Shown: positions 38,036-49,475, numbered from the stretch's first letter. The stretch is 64,000 nt of DNA from Candidatus Krakonobacterium acarorum (GCA_050311575.1 JBNOKO010000001.1:520408-584407), one strand, 5' to 3'. Numbers and translations are program-made. Notes: a model not told the origin generated them from the letters alone.

Positions 38036-39901
38036 ATGCTTAGAGTTATAAGGCTATTGCCTAAAGATGTTGTTAACCAAATTGCTGCTGGTGAAATTAT
38101 ACACGAGCCATCTTCTGTTCTTAAGGAGTTGCTAGAAAATAGTATAGATGCTAATAGTACAGATATAGAAATACATATACTTAATGGAGGGAAAAACCTG
38201 ATTCAGGTTATAGATAATGGTAAGGGTATGATACGTGAAGATGCTGTTAATTGCTATGAAAAACATGCAACTTCAAAAATAGAGAGCTTTTATGATTTAA
38301 ATAATCTATATAGTATGGGTTTTAGAGGTGAAGCATTGGCTTCTATTGCTGCTGTTTGTGATTTAGAAATTAAAACAGCTGTGTCTGGCGACGATATAGG
38401 TACCTTAATATCATTGTCTGCCGGTAGGCTAACATCTATAGAAGATTGTATTTGTTCTAAGGGTTCTAGTTTTTCTGTTAAAAATTTATTTTATAATCTG
38501 CCTGCTAGACGAGCATTTTTAAAGTCCGATATCCTGGAGTACGGGCGTTTAATAAAGGAGTTCTATAAAATTGCTATATCTAATTATGCTATAAAGTTTT
38601 CTTTATTTCATAATAATGATTTAGTATTTAAGTTAAATTCCGATAATTGTAAAAGTCGTATAATCTCTTTGTTTGGGGATAAGTTTAAACAAAAGTTATT
38701 AGGTATAGATGAAAAAATACAAAATTTATATATTTCTGGTTTTGTTGAGAATCCAGAAGGTGTAAAAAAGTATAAAAGTCAACAATATATTTTTGTCAAT
38801 AAGCGTTTTGTATATAATAGCGAGTTAAAAGCAGCAATATTATCAGCCTTTGATGGTGTTATAGTTAATAATTACCAACCTTCGTATTTTATTTTTATAG
38901 ATATACCCCCTGGTGAAATAGATATTAATATACATCCACAGAAAACGGAAGTGAAATTTACAGATTTAGATACCGTTAAATCTTTACTAATAGCTACGGT
39001 TAAGCGTACATTAGGAGTGCATTATAAGGCCCCTATGTTAGATTTTTCTATGGATGCGGCTGTTATGGATTTTGTCCCTGAAAAAAAATTAGAACCACCT
39101 AATTTAAGTATAAACAAAGAATACAATCCTTTTTCTGTGACTAGTAAAGCAAATAATATTTCCTATGATTATAATGAAAATACATTGGAAAGTTTTGTAA
39201 CAGATAATAGTTTATCCGATAGTGAGGATATTTTTTTAGGTTTACAGCCTCCGCAAGATTTATATCAATCTAATCTTTTTTATGATTTAGAAAAAAATAA
39301 CTATAATGAACAAAAGAATAGCAATGGTTTAATCAAACATATTGTTCATGTAAAGCCTGATTATGTGTTAGCTATTACACAAGAAGGAATATATGTGGTT
39401 AATTATAAAAGGGCTATAAGAAGAGTATTATACGAAGAGTACTTAACGAAAGTATCTGGCAAAAGGCAATTGAGTCAAACTTTATTATATAATTCCACTT
39501 ACAAAATACCTAAGCATAATTACGATATTTTAAAAAGAAACAATACTATCTTAAAAGATTTAGGTTTTATTTTTAATTTAAATAAAAATTGTGAAGTTAC
39601 AATTGAGGGCCTGCCAGGGTTTTTAGAGGCAATAAGTAGTGAAACTAATATTATTGTAGAAAGTATTATAGAGATTTTATCTAATGTAGAGCATATGTGT
39701 AAAGAAGTACTAATAGAACTAATGGCTAAAAAATTAGCTAGAAAAGTATGTAAAATAAAATATAATACTTTACGAGACTCCGATATAGTTATAACGATTG
39801 AAAAGCTCTTTGAATATAAAAATTCCAATTGGTCAACATGCGAGAAAAAAAATTATACGTATATTAATATCGATAATATAATCAACGATTTAAATAATTG
39901 A
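38036..39901 (+). CDS. mutL: DNA mismatch repair protein MutL
   Basis: The GHKL ATPase N-terminus has IAAGEII, ELLENSIDA and GFRGEALASI. Length is 621 aa, with a C-terminal dimerisation domain. Confidence 0.9.
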   Translation: MLRVIRLLPKDVVNQIAAGEIIHEPSSVLKELLENSIDANSTDIEIHILNGGKNLIQVIDNGKGMIREDAVNCYEKHATSKIESFYDLNNLYSMGFRGEALASIAAVCDLEIKTAVSGDDIGTLISLSAGRLTSIEDCICSKGSSFSVKNLFYNLPARRAFLKSDILEYGRLIKEFYKIAISNYAIKFSLFHNNDLVFKLNSDNCKSRIISLFGDKFKQKLLGIDEKIQNLYISGFVENPEGVKKYKSQQYIFVNKRFVYNSELKAAILSAFDGVIVNNYQPSYFIFIDIPPGEIDINIHPQKTEVKFTDLDTVKSLLIATVKRTLGVHYKAPMLDFSMDAAVMDFVPEKKLEPPNLSINKEYNPFSVTSKANNISYDYNENTLESFVTDNSLSDSEDIFLGLQPPQDLYQSNLFYDLEKNNYNEQKNSNGLIKHIVHVKPDYVLAITQEGIYVVNYKRAIRRVLYEEYLTKVSGKRQLSQTLLYNSTYKIPKHNYDILKRNNTILKDLGFIFNLNKNCEVTIEGLPGFLEAISSETNIIVESIIEILSNVEHMCKEVLIELMAKKLARKVCKIKYNTLRDSDIVITIEKLFEYKNSNWSTCEKKNYTYINIDNIINDLNN

Positions 39902-39921
39902 TCATAATAAATACTTTATAG

Positions 39922-40668
39922 ATGAGCTACAACCCACCATCAGGATTCTTCGTTTTACCACCTGTAGTAAAAAATATATTAATAATTAATGTATTAGTAT
40001 TTTTAGCTATTAAGATCTCTTTATTTGGAATAGGAGATTTTATTCTAGATAATTTTGCATCTTATTACTTTGCATCTCCAAAATTTAAGATTTGGCAGTT
40101 AATTACATATGCATTTACGCATAAAAGTTTTGGGCACCTATTCTTTAATATGTTTGCTGTGTTTATGTTCGGTAATTTACTAGAAAATTATTTAGGCTCT
40201 AAGAGATTTTTACAGTATTATGTGATATGTGCAGTGGGAGCCATTATTTTAGAATATTTAACTACAGCTATTACAGTATATAATATAACAGGAACTTTTT
40301 TACCATCTGAACTAAGAGAATTAAATCTTTTTGATAATAATTGGCAAATGTCCCTGGTAGGTCATTATGGTATTGATGATGCAACAGGACTCATTAAAGC
40401 TTATTTAGTGCCCACTATCGGTGCTTCTGGAGCAGTTTTTGGTCTCTTGCTAGCCTTTGGTTGGCTTTTCCCAAACATGCTAGTGTATATATATTTTTTA
40501 TTCCCGGTAAAAGCCAAGTATTTCGTTATAGTCTATGGCCTTATAGAAATATGGTCTTTAATAAGTAAAGGAACTAGTGATGGCGTTGCCCATTATGCTC
40601 ATTTGGGAGGTATATTAGTTGGTTTTATTATGCTTAAAATTTGGAAAGTACCTAGAAATATGTATTAA
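39922..40668 (+). CDS. Rhomboid-family intramembrane serine protease (active)
   Basis: TM2 carries H...N (GHLFFNM). GASGAVFG contains the catalytic Ser and AHYAHLGG the catalytic His. Length is 248 aa, with 6-7 TM helices. Confidence 0.8.
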   Translation: MSYNPPSGFFVLPPVVKNILIINVLVFLAIKISLFGIGDFILDNFASYYFASPKFKIWQLITYAFTHKSFGHLFFNMFAVFMFGNLLENYLGSKRFLQYYVICAVGAIILEYLTTAITVYNITGTFLPSELRELNLFDNNWQMSLVGHYGIDDATGLIKAYLVPTIGASGAVFGLLLAFGWLFPNMLVYIYFLFPVKAKYFVIVYGLIEIWSLISKGTSDGVAHYAHLGGILVGFIMLKIWKVPRNMY

Positions 40669-40692
40669 TAAAATTGCTTTGGTAGTGTTATA

Positions 40693-41343
40693 ATGGGAGT
40701 TATACGTAATAGTTTAAATTTTTTATCCAATATAAAAGGGAGACGGCTACTTATAGGTATTAATGTACTTGCATATATTATTTTTAAGATTTTATATATT
40801 GTATTTTACACTTTTGATAATATAATACTATTTTATAATATACAATATAAATTAGGGTTGCCTTTATATTACAAATATGTTTTAAATCAACCATGGTCAA
40901 TTTTAACTTATAGTTTTGTTCAAGATAATTTATTAGAATTAATAGTTACAGTTAGTATCATAAACATCTTTGGCAAGATTATAGAAGAATATATAGGGAA
41001 AAAAAAATTATTTATTTGTTATATAGTTTCTTCAATGTTTTCAGCGATAATACTGCTAATTATCTATAATTTATTTGAACAACTACAAAAAAGTATTATT
41101 ATAATAAACATTATAGGTGCCCAGCAAGCATGCGCATGTTTAATTATTGCTTCAGCTAAACTTTTACCAAACTATAAATTGCAAATATTCCCATTTAAAA
41201 ATTTAAGTGTTAAAATTGTAGCTATAATAATATTTATAGGATATTTCATCTTTATAAATGAATTAAAACCAGAATATTTAATTCTGAATGTCTCAGCTGC
41301 TATGCTTGGATATTTATTTATAAGCTACTTGCAAAATAGGTAG
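40693..41343 (+). CDS. Rhomboid-like paralogue that lacks the catalytic Ser and His (putative pseudoprotease)
   Basis: It aligns with the upstream rhomboid: FGKIIEEYIGKKKL against FGNLLENYLGSKRF, and IIGAQQACACLIIASAKLLPN against TIGASGAVFGLLLAFGWLFPN. The Ser has become Gln (GAQQA), the His has become Met (AAMLGY), and the TM2 His and Asn are lost. Confidence 0.5.
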   Translation: MGVIRNSLNFLSNIKGRRLLIGINVLAYIIFKILYIVFYTFDNIILFYNIQYKLGLPLYYKYVLNQPWSILTYSFVQDNLLELIVTVSIINIFGKIIEEYIGKKKLFICYIVSSMFSAIILLIIYNLFEQLQKSIIIINIIGAQQACACLIIASAKLLPNYKLQIFPFKNLSVKIVAIIIFIGYFIFINELKPEYLILNVSAAMLGYLFISYLQNR

Positions 41344-41361
41344 GAATATTAGAGTATACTA

Positions 41362-42471
41362 ATGCTGAATATTAATAAAAAGTCGTTTTCGAAGCTCCTA
41401 TATATAGTAACAATGATAGATATTTTATCCTTACTGCTATCGTATATAAGTGTTTTTATTAGCCCGGCTATGTTTTGGCCTATAGCATTCTTTGGTTTAT
41501 TATTTCCAGTAATAGTGGTATTTACCATTATACTATTGTCTATTTGGATCTTTATTAAACCATTATATGCTGTTGTAATATTATTGGCTCTTGTTATTGG
41601 GATTAAATATCATTTGCGATATATAGCTTTTAATTTTACTGACAATAGTTTTGTTAAGGACGAAAATGTAGTGCGCGTAATGAGTTATAATGTACACTTT
41701 TTTAGGAAAGCTGAAAGTAAATACAACGATATATTAACAAAGGATAAAATATTAAAAGTAATCAATGAATACAATCCTGATTTATTATGTATGCAAGAAT
41801 TCCTTACACGTAAATCGGGTAAATTTAACACTAAAGCGGATTTACATGATATAAATCAACTGAAGAATTTTTATATATATAAAGTATCAGAAAGTGATGT
41901 CGAATATTATGGATTAGCACTATTTTCTAAATTTTCTGTAATTGGATATAAAAATATAAACTTTACGGAAAAAAATTCTACTGTTAATAAATGTATAATA
42001 TTAGATGTAAAAATAAAAAATAAAATTATAAGAATATTTAATGTTCATTTACGGAGTATTGGCTTTGATCCATATGATATAACTTCTTATAAAAGCTTTA
42101 TTGGAGGCGAAGGAGTTGATCATATTAATATTTTCAATATAGTAAATAAGCTAAAAAAAGCTTTCCAAATACGGGCTTTGCAGGCAGATTTAATTGCTAA
42201 GGAAATCAGCGAATCTCCATACCCGGTAGTAGTATGTGGTGATTTTAATGATACTGTAATTTCATATGCTTATAATACTATATCTAAAAATCTGAAAGAC
42301 ACTTTTTTGAACAAAGGATCTGGATTTTTAGGTACATATAACGGTGTGTTTCCTAATTTTAGAATAGATTATTTACTAGTTAGCAAGGATATAAAAATCA
42401 GAAAATTTCTATATTCAAATGATGATTCTTCCGATCATTTCCCTATAGCAGCCGATTTAATTATCGAATAA
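41362..42471 (+). CDS. Membrane-anchored endonuclease/exonuclease/phosphatase (EEP) family protein
   Basis: Two N-terminal TM helices are followed by the EEP motifs VMSYNVHFF, LLCMQEF, VVCGDFND and SDHFPIAADL. Confidence 0.7.
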   Translation: MLNINKKSFSKLLYIVTMIDILSLLLSYISVFISPAMFWPIAFFGLLFPVIVVFTIILLSIWIFIKPLYAVVILLALVIGIKYHLRYIAFNFTDNSFVKDENVVRVMSYNVHFFRKAESKYNDILTKDKILKVINEYNPDLLCMQEFLTRKSGKFNTKADLHDINQLKNFYIYKVSESDVEYYGLALFSKFSVIGYKNINFTEKNSTVNKCIILDVKIKNKIIRIFNVHLRSIGFDPYDITSYKSFIGGEGVDHINIFNIVNKLKKAFQIRALQADLIAKEISESPYPVVVCGDFNDTVISYAYNTISKNLKDTFLNKGSGFLGTYNGVFPNFRIDYLLVSKDIKIRKFLYSNDDSSDHFPIAADLIIE

Positions 42472-42558
42472 AAAAGAATAATGGTTTATGTTTATAAATT
42501 TATTAAGTTCGTATATGATTACTTATAGAATAAAATTTTATAACTAAGGACGAGCTAA

Positions 42559-43527
42559 ATGGCAAAGACAAAATATCATTATAATCCGGCAACTCTTAAA
42601 TACGAGAAGGTAGAGAAAACAATTAAAGTATACATGATTAATTTTTTCTATTGGTTATGTGGTGCTATAATATTTTTTTCTATAGGTTTTTTTGTCGCTA
42701 TAAATTTTGTTGACAGTCCATTTACTAAGAATTTGAAACGTCAAATTAATGATTTGACGTACAATTATACGCTTTTAAGAATGCGTATCGATAATATGAA
42801 TAAAGTTTTAGAGTCCCTACGCGATAAGGATAATAATATTTACAGAGTCATATTTGAAACAGATCCTATAAGTTCTGACGCTTTGAAACCTAATTTTTTG
42901 GACGTTAAACAATACGACGAAATATCTTCATCAAAATATTATTCTTTAATAGTAGAAACTAGTACGCGACTTGATTCGCTTGCTAAGAGTATGTATGTTC
43001 AATCTAAATCCTACGATTTTTTAATAAAAGAAGTTAAGAGTAAGGATAAAATGATGCGTTCTATACCAGCTATACAACCTATTGCAAATAAAAATTTAAA
43101 AAGAGTAGCATCTGGTTATGGCTATAGGGTGCATCCTATATATAAGACTTTGAAATTCCACTCTGGGATGGATTTTAGCGCTCCTACAGGAACTTCTATA
43201 TATGCAACAGGCGACGGAGTAGTGATTAAAGCAGGCAAAGTTAGAGGATATGGAAATATAGTACTTATAGATCATGGCTACGGTTACAAAACCTTATATG
43301 GCCACATGAGTAAGATAATTGCAAGGGCAGGGAGATCAGTAAAACGAGGTCAGGTAATAGGTGCTGTTGGAAGTACCGGGCAATCTACAGGGCCGCATCT
43401 ACACTACGAAGTACGTAAAAATAATCATCCTGTTAATCCTATTGATTATTACTTTAACGATCTTACACCTGAAGAATACGAAAAAATGTTAATAATTTCA
43501 TCTAAGTATAATCAATCGTTTGATTAG
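42559..43527 (+). CDS. M23-family metallopeptidase with a TM anchor and coiled coil
   Basis: HSGMDF provides the HxxxD motif, and GSTGQSTGPHLHYEV the HxH motif. An N-terminal TM helix is present. Confidence 0.8.
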   Translation: MAKTKYHYNPATLKYEKVEKTIKVYMINFFYWLCGAIIFFSIGFFVAINFVDSPFTKNLKRQINDLTYNYTLLRMRIDNMNKVLESLRDKDNNIYRVIFETDPISSDALKPNFLDVKQYDEISSSKYYSLIVETSTRLDSLAKSMYVQSKSYDFLIKEVKSKDKMMRSIPAIQPIANKNLKRVASGYGYRVHPIYKTLKFHSGMDFSAPTGTSIYATGDGVVIKAGKVRGYGNIVLIDHGYGYKTLYGHMSKIIARAGRSVKRGQVIGAVGSTGQSTGPHLHYEVRKNNHPVNPIDYYFNDLTPEEYEKMLIISSKYNQSFD

Positions 43528-43541
43528 TAATTGACGTAGTT

Positions 43542-43853
43542 ATGGATGTAAAACATTATTATTCTATAAGTGAAGTAGCAGAAAAATTAGATTTGACGAA
43601 GTCTTTAATTAGGTTCTGGGAAAAAGAATTCGCTTTGAATATAAAAAAAAATAATGCAGGATATCGTCTATTTAATTCCGCAAATATTGAAACTTTAATG
43701 CTAATCAAGCATTTGCTAAAAGATAAACAGTATACTATTAAGGGCGCTAAAGAATATTTATGTAATAAAAATCCCTTTTTACTAGATTCAGATAAACAGG
43801 ATGTAATAAATAAACTAACCGATATTAGAAATTTTTTAAAAGAGCTAATATAA
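43542..43853 (+). CDS. MerR-family HTH transcriptional regulator
   Basis: YSISEVAEKLDLTKSLIRFWEKEF is a MerR-type HTH. Length is 103 aa. Confidence 0.6.
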   Translation: MDVKHYYSISEVAEKLDLTKSLIRFWEKEFALNIKKNNAGYRLFNSANIETLMLIKHLLKDKQYTIKGAKEYLCNKNPFLLDSDKQDVINKLTDIRNFLKELI

Positions 43854-43887
43854 ATTTCTTATACTGGTATTTAACGCAGTTCCAATA

Positions 43888-44622
43888 CTATTTACTGCAA
43901 TAAGCGCTACTTATTACTTTATAAACCCTGTCACTTAAGGTGCTAATGTCAGAATCGCTTAGATTTTTAGTCATTATAGGTTCGTGTATTACAACATTCA
44001 TAGTACCAAAGCCGATGCCACGTTTTAGGCCATTGTTATGAATTATTTTCCAAGTATCTACGATTGTGATAGGTAAAATGGGTATTTGTAATTTAGTTGC
44101 CAAGCTAAAAGCTCCGGGTTTAAAATCTTGTATTGTAGGAGGGTAGTTTTTTGATATTGTTCCTTCTGGAAAAATCATTAATGATCTTCCTTCATTAAGT
44201 TTTTTACTAGCTTGTTTGAATCCACGTAATATATCGAATTTGTTATTACGATCTATACATACATCTAAGTCTAATATATGATGTTTAAACAGGAAATTTT
44301 CTGACAGTTCTTTTTTAGTTATAAAAAAAGCATCTTTAAGTCCTATATTATATGTAGAAATTAGCATGCAACCAATATCGAAGTATGAACTATGGTTTGA
44401 ACATACTATGTAAGGTGTGGTTAGATCCAGGGCTTTGTTTTTATTTGTAATTTTTAATTTTATACCGAGCAACCCTTTATATATGTTGGTAAAAGTTCTT
44501 ACCCTAAGGTAGTTTAGCTTTAATAGATTTTTTGTTTTTTTATAAAAAAAAATTTTAGGGAGCCTTAAAATTACACAAAATAGAGTTATTAGTATTGCTA
44601 TTATGACACGTATTTTTTTCAT
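43888..44622 (-). CDS. plsC: 1-acyl-sn-glycerol-3-phosphate acyltransferase
   Basis: NHSSYFD is the HxxxxD acyltransferase motif. FPEGT is also present, and there is an N-terminal TM helix. Confidence 0.75.
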   Translation of the reverse strand: MKKIRVIIAILITLFCVILRLPKIFFYKKTKNLLKLNYLRVRTFTNIYKGLLGIKLKITNKNKALDLTTPYIVCSNHSSYFDIGCMLISTYNIGLKDAFFITKKELSENFLFKHHILDLDVCIDRNNKFDILRGFKQASKKLNEGRSLMIFPEGTISKNYPPTIQDFKPGAFSLATKLQIPILPITIVDTWKIIHNNGLKRGIGFGTMNVVIHEPIMTKNLSDSDISTLSDRVYKVISSAYCSK

Positions 44623-44644
44623 TGTTTGGGTATTTTATAGTGCT

Positions 44645-45373
44645 TTAATTGTTGAGTTTAAAATTTTTACCTAAATATACAGTTCTAACTCGTTCGTCTT
44701 CAGCAAGTTCTTGTGCTGTACCAGCTTTTAATATTGATCCATCAAATAATAAATAAGCCCTTTCGGTTATTGATAGTGTTTCTTGCACATTATGATCTGT
44801 AATAAGTATACCTATGTTCTTGCTTTTTAATTTGTATACTATATCTTTTATCTCTTCTACTGCTATAGGGTCAACGCCAGCAAATGGTTCATCTAATAAT
44901 ACAAATTTAGGTGATATTGCTAAGCATCTAGCTATTTCTGTGCGCCTTCGTTCACCACCTGATAGAACCAACCCTTTTGTTTTACGCACTTTATGTAAAT
45001 TAAACTCGCTTAGTAAGTCTTCTAATTTTTTATTTTGTTCATGTTTATCCAAGTTGGTCATTTCTAATATAGCTTTTATGTTATCCTCAACGCTAAGTTG
45101 TCTGAATATAGAAGCTTCTTGTGGAAGATACCCTATCCCTTTTTGAGCTCGTTTATAAACCGGAAGACTGGTTATATCTTTATCATCAAGTAATACCTGA
45201 CCCTGTGTTGGTTTTATTAGACCAACTATCATATAAAACGATGTAGTTTTGCCTGCACCATTTGGGCCTAGTAAACCTACTATTTCACCTTGTGCAACTG
45301 TAAAATTAACTTGTTTGACTACTAATCTTTCTCCGTATTTTTTTACTAAATTAACAGCTTTTATGATAGACAT
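44645..45373 (-). CDS. lptB: LPS export ABC transporter ATP-binding protein
   Basis: [17 protein letters not shown] and [10 protein letters not shown] are present. The 242-aa length and the C-terminal YLGKNFKL tail are typical of LptB. Confidence 0.8.
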   Translation of the reverse strand: MSIIKAVNLVKKYGERLVVKQVNFTVAQGEIVGLLGPNGAGKTTSFYMIVGLIKPTQGQVLLDDKDITSLPVYKRAQKGIGYLPQEASIFRQLSVEDNIKAILEMTNLDKHEQNKKLEDLLSEFNLHKVRKTKGLVLSGGERRRTEIARCLAISPKFVLLDEPFAGVDPIAVEEIKDIVYKLKSKNIGILITDHNVQETLSITERAYLLFDGSILKAGTAQELAEDERVRTVYLGKNFKLNN

Positions 45374-47093
45374 TTAGGGTGTTATTTGTTTTTTGTTGTA
45401 TACTATGGATTTTTACATCCTTTATCATTAACTGAATTGTTGTATTGCCTTTCCATATATTTTTTGTAATTACATAACATATGGTTATAAATTTTGCCTT
45501 TAGTAACGTATCGTAGATGTGCCCTAAATTAAATGCAATACATTCAAAAATAGTATTGTCTTGTTTTACATAGAATTTTAAGTGCTTGTTGTTCAAATTA
45601 TTTATTTTCCCATATATTTCAACATTTTTGCTAGCGAATACTAAAGGTTTATTTAGTTGCCCGAATGGTTCGAACTGCGATATTACTTTTATAAAATTTT
45701 CTGTTATATGCTCAAGTTTAATTGGTGCATCTATTTTAATTTTTTCTGTAAGCGAATCTGGTTGTATGTTGTTTTTAACAGATTCTTCGAATAATATTTT
45801 AAATTTATATAAATTTTCTGGCTTTAAGCTTAACCCGGCTGCGTATTTGTGTCCACCATATTGCTCGAGTAAATGATTGCATTGGTGTATGCTATTATAT
45901 ATGTCGAATCCTTCTACTGACCTGGCCGACCCTACTATTAAGTTGTTAGATTGTGTTAATATTATAGTGGGTTTATAGCTAAATTCTTGTAGTTTGGAAG
46001 CTACAATGCCTATTACACCTTTATGCCAGTTTTCATTATATATGACAGTGCTAAAAGTTTCGATTTCTTTTCCCTTTATTGTTTTTACAGCTTCTTGAGT
46101 AGCTTGTTGCTCTATTTCTTTACGTAATTTATTTTGTTCGAATATTAATAAGCTTGTTTTGTATGCAATGCTTTCACTTGTTGTTGTAAGAAGTTCTACC
46201 GCCAGGTGTGCATGAGCCATCCTGCCAGCTGCATTTAAAAGTGGAGCTATTTTAAATGCGATATCTTGTGTATCACATTTTTTTATTATTTGATAGATGT
46301 TTAATATAGACCTTATACCTATAGATGGCCTGTTGTTTAGTATTTCCAGTCCTAAAAAGGTTATTGTCCTGTTTTCTCCAGTTAATGGTACTAGATCGGA
46401 AGATGTCCCTATTGCTGCTAGTTCGATAAGGTTATAATAATCTTCTATAGGAATTTTATGCTTAATGGCAAAAGCGTGTATGAATTTAAAGCATAGTCCA
46501 CATGCGGCGAATTCTTTAAATGGATATGTACATTCTGCTTGTTTCGGATTTATTAGCGCTATGGCTTTAGGTAGCGTGTCTGTTGGTATATGGTGATCAA
46601 TTACTATTACATCTATAGATAATTGTTTTGCTAGTTCGATCTCATATACATTAGTTGTTCCACAATCAATAGCTATTATTAAGCTATAGTTATTTTGTTT
46701 TGCTAGCTGAATACTATTAGCTGACATACCGTAGCCTTCTTTGTGCCTATCTGGTATATAGTAATATATGTTTGTATATATTTTTGAGAAAAAGTTATAG
46801 ATTATAGAAACTGATGTTACTCCGTCAGCGTCATAGTCACCATAAATCAATATTTTTTCTTTATTGTTAATTGCATCCTCTATCCGATTGATAGCTTTTT
46901 CAATATCTTTTAGTAAGAATGGATCTTTTATTTGCGAGAAATCTGGCCTGAAAAAACCTTTTGCTTCATCGAAAGTGTAAATATCTCGTTTTATTAGCGA
47001 TATTATTAATGGGTCCGTTAATTTCAGGCTATTTTTTAGTTCTGCAAATTTTTGGTTGTCAACTTGTTCGTATATCCATTCTTTTTTGGCCAT
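45351..47093 (-). CDS. recJ: Single-stranded-DNA-specific exonuclease RecJ
   Basis: The DHH motifs are [14 protein letters not shown] and VIDHH. A DHHA1 domain (GGHKYAAG) and a C-terminal OB-like domain follow. Length is 580 aa. Confidence 0.85.
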   Translation of the reverse strand: MAKKEWIYEQVDNQKFAELKNSLKLTDPLIISLIKRDIYTFDEAKGFFRPDFSQIKDPFLLKDIEKAINRIEDAINNKEKILIYGDYDADGVTSVSIIYNFFSKIYTNIYYYIPDRHKEGYGMSANSIQLAKQNNYSLIIAIDCGTTNVYEIELAKQLSIDVIVIDHHIPTDTLPKAIALINPKQAECTYPFKEFAACGLCFKFIHAFAIKHKIPIEDYYNLIELAAIGTSSDLVPLTGENRTITFLGLEILNNRPSIGIRSILNIYQIIKKCDTQDIAFKIAPLLNAAGRMAHAHLAVELLTTTSESIAYKTSLLIFEQNKLRKEIEQQATQEAVKTIKGKEIETFSTVIYNENWHKGVIGIVASKLQEFSYKPTIILTQSNNLIVGSARSVEGFDIYNSIHQCNHLLEQYGGHKYAAGLSLKPENLYKFKILFEESVKNNIQPDSLTEKIKIDAPIKLEHITENFIKVISQFEPFGQLNKPLVFASKNVEIYGKINNLNNKHLKFYVKQDNTIFECIAFNLGHIYDTLLKAKFITICYVITKNIWKGNTTIQLMIKDVKIHSIQQKTNNTLNVYHKSC

Positions 47094-47096
47094 AGT

Positions 47097-48227
47097 TTAG
47101 TTTGTGTTATATGGATATTTTGAGTTTTGTATCGTTCGTATTTCTGTGTATAAGAGTTCTTTTAGTTTGTCAATATTTGTTTTGTTTTCTGCAGATATAC
47201 ATATAGATTGCTTTGCCATCCAGGTATTTTCTATGTTAACTACGTTATTCGTATGGACATCAATTTTGTTAAATATTGTAATTATAGGTTTGTTTATAGC
47301 GTTAAGGGATTTAAGCGTTTCATAGACGGTATTTGCTTGTTCTTCAAATAGATCATTAGATATATCAACAACGTGTAATATTATATCTGCTTCTTTTACT
47401 TCGTGTAAGGTGGCTTTAAAACTTTCGATTAGATGGTGTGGCAGGTTTCGTATAAAGCCTATAGTGTCAGAGATTAAAAATTCTATATCTTTTATTTTTA
47501 TTTTACGTACTATGGTATCTAGTGTTGCAAATAGTTTGTTTTCAGCTAGTACATTTGCATCTGTAAGAGTATTCATTAAAGTTGACTTGCCTACGTTTGT
47601 GTATCCGACAAGCGCAACTCGTACCATTTCTGTTCTGTTTTTGCGCTGTTGAGCATTTTGCAAATCTATATGCTTTAGTTTTTCTTTTAATAAAGCAATT
47701 TTTTTAAGGATTATCCGTCGATCTGTCTCGAGTTGCGTTTCACCAGGTCCGCGCATACCTATACCTCCTTTTTGGCGTTCTAAGTGTGTCCACATGCGTT
47801 TTAGTCTGGGTAAAAGGTACTGATATTGCGCTAATTCGACTTGTGTTTTGGCTTGTGACGTTTTTGCATGTTTTGCGAATATGTCTAATATTAGATTGCT
47901 TTTATCTAGGACCTGGGTATTTTTCGGTAATATTTCGCTTAAGTTTTTAAATTGTGATGCCGATAGATCGCAATCAAATATTAGTACTTGAATATTATTA
48001 TCTATTATATAAGAAGATATTTCTTCTATTTTGCCTTTACCTATTAGAGTTTTTGAGTTGGTTTTATCTATTTTTTGTGTAAAGTTTTTTACTACTTCAA
48101 TATCAGATGTTTTCGCTAAAAAATTAAGTTCGTTAATTAAATCAGAGCTTAGCGCTTCTGATTGATTTTTAGCTAATATGCTTATTGTTACAGCTGTAGC
48201 TTCAGAATTTGGGTTGTGTTGAGTCAT
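47097..48227 (-). CDS. hflX: GTPase HflX
   Basis: An HflX N-domain is followed by the G-domain motifs GYTNVGKSTL, DTIGF and NKID. Confidence 0.85.
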   Translation of the reverse strand: MTQHNPNSEATAVTISILAKNQSEALSSDLINELNFLAKTSDIEVVKNFTQKIDKTNSKTLIGKGKIEEISSYIIDNNIQVLIFDCDLSASQFKNLSEILPKNTQVLDKSNLILDIFAKHAKTSQAKTQVELAQYQYLLPRLKRMWTHLERQKGGIGMRGPGETQLETDRRIILKKIALLKEKLKHIDLQNAQQRKNRTEMVRVALVGYTNVGKSTLMNTLTDANVLAENKLFATLDTIVRKIKIKDIEFLISDTIGFIRNLPHHLIESFKATLHEVKEADIILHVVDISNDLFEEQANTVYETLKSLNAINKPIITIFNKIDVHTNNVVNIENTWMAKQSICISAENKTNIDKLKELLYTEIRTIQNSKYPYNTN

Positions 48228-48420
48228 TAAGAGATTTAAATATATAATAATAAAATTATGAAAAATATTCTCTATATCTACTTAATGTTGTTGATATAAA
48301 TTTATAGATTTTTATATACTGGTTAATTTTTAATTTAGGACTGCCTAAGAGTTTATATTCATATTGAATACAAAAAAATAATAGAATAAACAGTGCTATT
48401 TTGTGGGAAGATTATAAAGT

Positions 48421-48457
48421 GTAGAAAGCCTATAATATTATATTATAGGCTTTCTAC
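48421..48457. terminator. Perfect 16-bp-stem hairpin downstream of the lipoprotein array and upstream of hflX
   Basis: GTAGAAAGCCTATAAT-attat-ATTATAGGCTTTCTAC. Confidence 0.45.
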
Positions 48458-48535
48458 AAAGTTGTGTAATAAGTAGTTAGCTAAGCAAAACGTTATTTTA
48501 GTTTATTATGTTAGATCTCTAACTTAATAAACTAA

Positions 48536-49201
48536 TTAAAGTATATGAAGCTCTTCATATCTGGCATTAAGATATGGAACGTTAAATTTATCCTCTTCTG
48601 TTGGGAATAAAATATTTCCTTTGTACATACTGGTTATTGTTATTTTTATCAAAGAATTTATGTCAGGGTTATCTGCACTAGGAGTAAGTAGTAGAAGTGT
48701 TCTGTAGGTCAGAGGGTGAATCAGGTGTTTACTCATATCATACCGAGCCCAGCCTAATTCATCTCCCACCATGTGATCCATTCCAAAATTTTCTAAGTTT
48801 GTAAAATTGCTATTAAAGTCACCATTAGAGGCAAACTTTTCTAGCACTTTACCCATATCAACGTTCCTATATTCTTCATCTATAAAATTTAATCTTCCTT
48901 TAATGCCGCTATTAGCATTCAGGGTGGATGCGTACATGCCATCCAATTTCAAATCCCAGTGATCGTGTTCTGTTACAAGTTTTCCTGTACTAAGATCTAT
49001 ATAGTTGGGATTATCTTTGTCTAAAAATAAATCAGTGATAATCCTTCCATGTGTTCTTAGTTGTAAATAATCTTTTGAGCTGGTTGAACGTGTATCTAAT
49101 TTATTAGATACCTCTTTATTACAAGACGTAAATGTTAGTAAAGATATAGTAACTAGCAGTGCCAGTGTGAATTTAAAATTTTTATAAAAAAAAGTTTTCA
49201 T
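48536..49201 (-). CDS. Lipoprotein, paralogue 5 of a tandem family (HmuY-like, tentative)
   Basis: Signal peptide with lipobox LTFTSC|N. Shared family motifs are HWDLK, GRLNFID, NLENFGM, GWARYDM.KHLI.PL..RTLLL and VPYLN..YEEL. Confidence 0.5.
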   Translation of the reverse strand: MKTFFYKNFKFTLALLVTISLLTFTSCNKEVSNKLDTRSTSSKDYLQLRTHGRIITDLFLDKDNPNYIDLSTGKLVTEHDHWDLKLDGMYASTLNANSGIKGRLNFIDEEYRNVDMGKVLEKFASNGDFNSNFTNLENFGMDHMVGDELGWARYDMSKHLIHPLTYRTLLLLTPSADNPDINSLIKITITSMYKGNILFPTEEDKFNVPYLNARYEELHIL

Positions 49202-49475
49202 AATATGATTTTTTTTAGTGAATATATAATCTATAAGTGTACTATAGTATATAAATTTTGCTTAGCTACCAGATTAAGTGCACTTATATATTATATAAAA
49301 TTTAATACTTATTAATGTCAATATAATAAAATTTTTACCAATTATTTTAGGTTTTTCAAAAAATTAATCTAATTATTATGGTCGTCAGTTTTATTGATAT
49401 TTTAAAATCTAAAAATCGAAATTACCTTAATTGGTTTAACGATATATTGTTATTATAATAGTTCTCCTATTTAAT

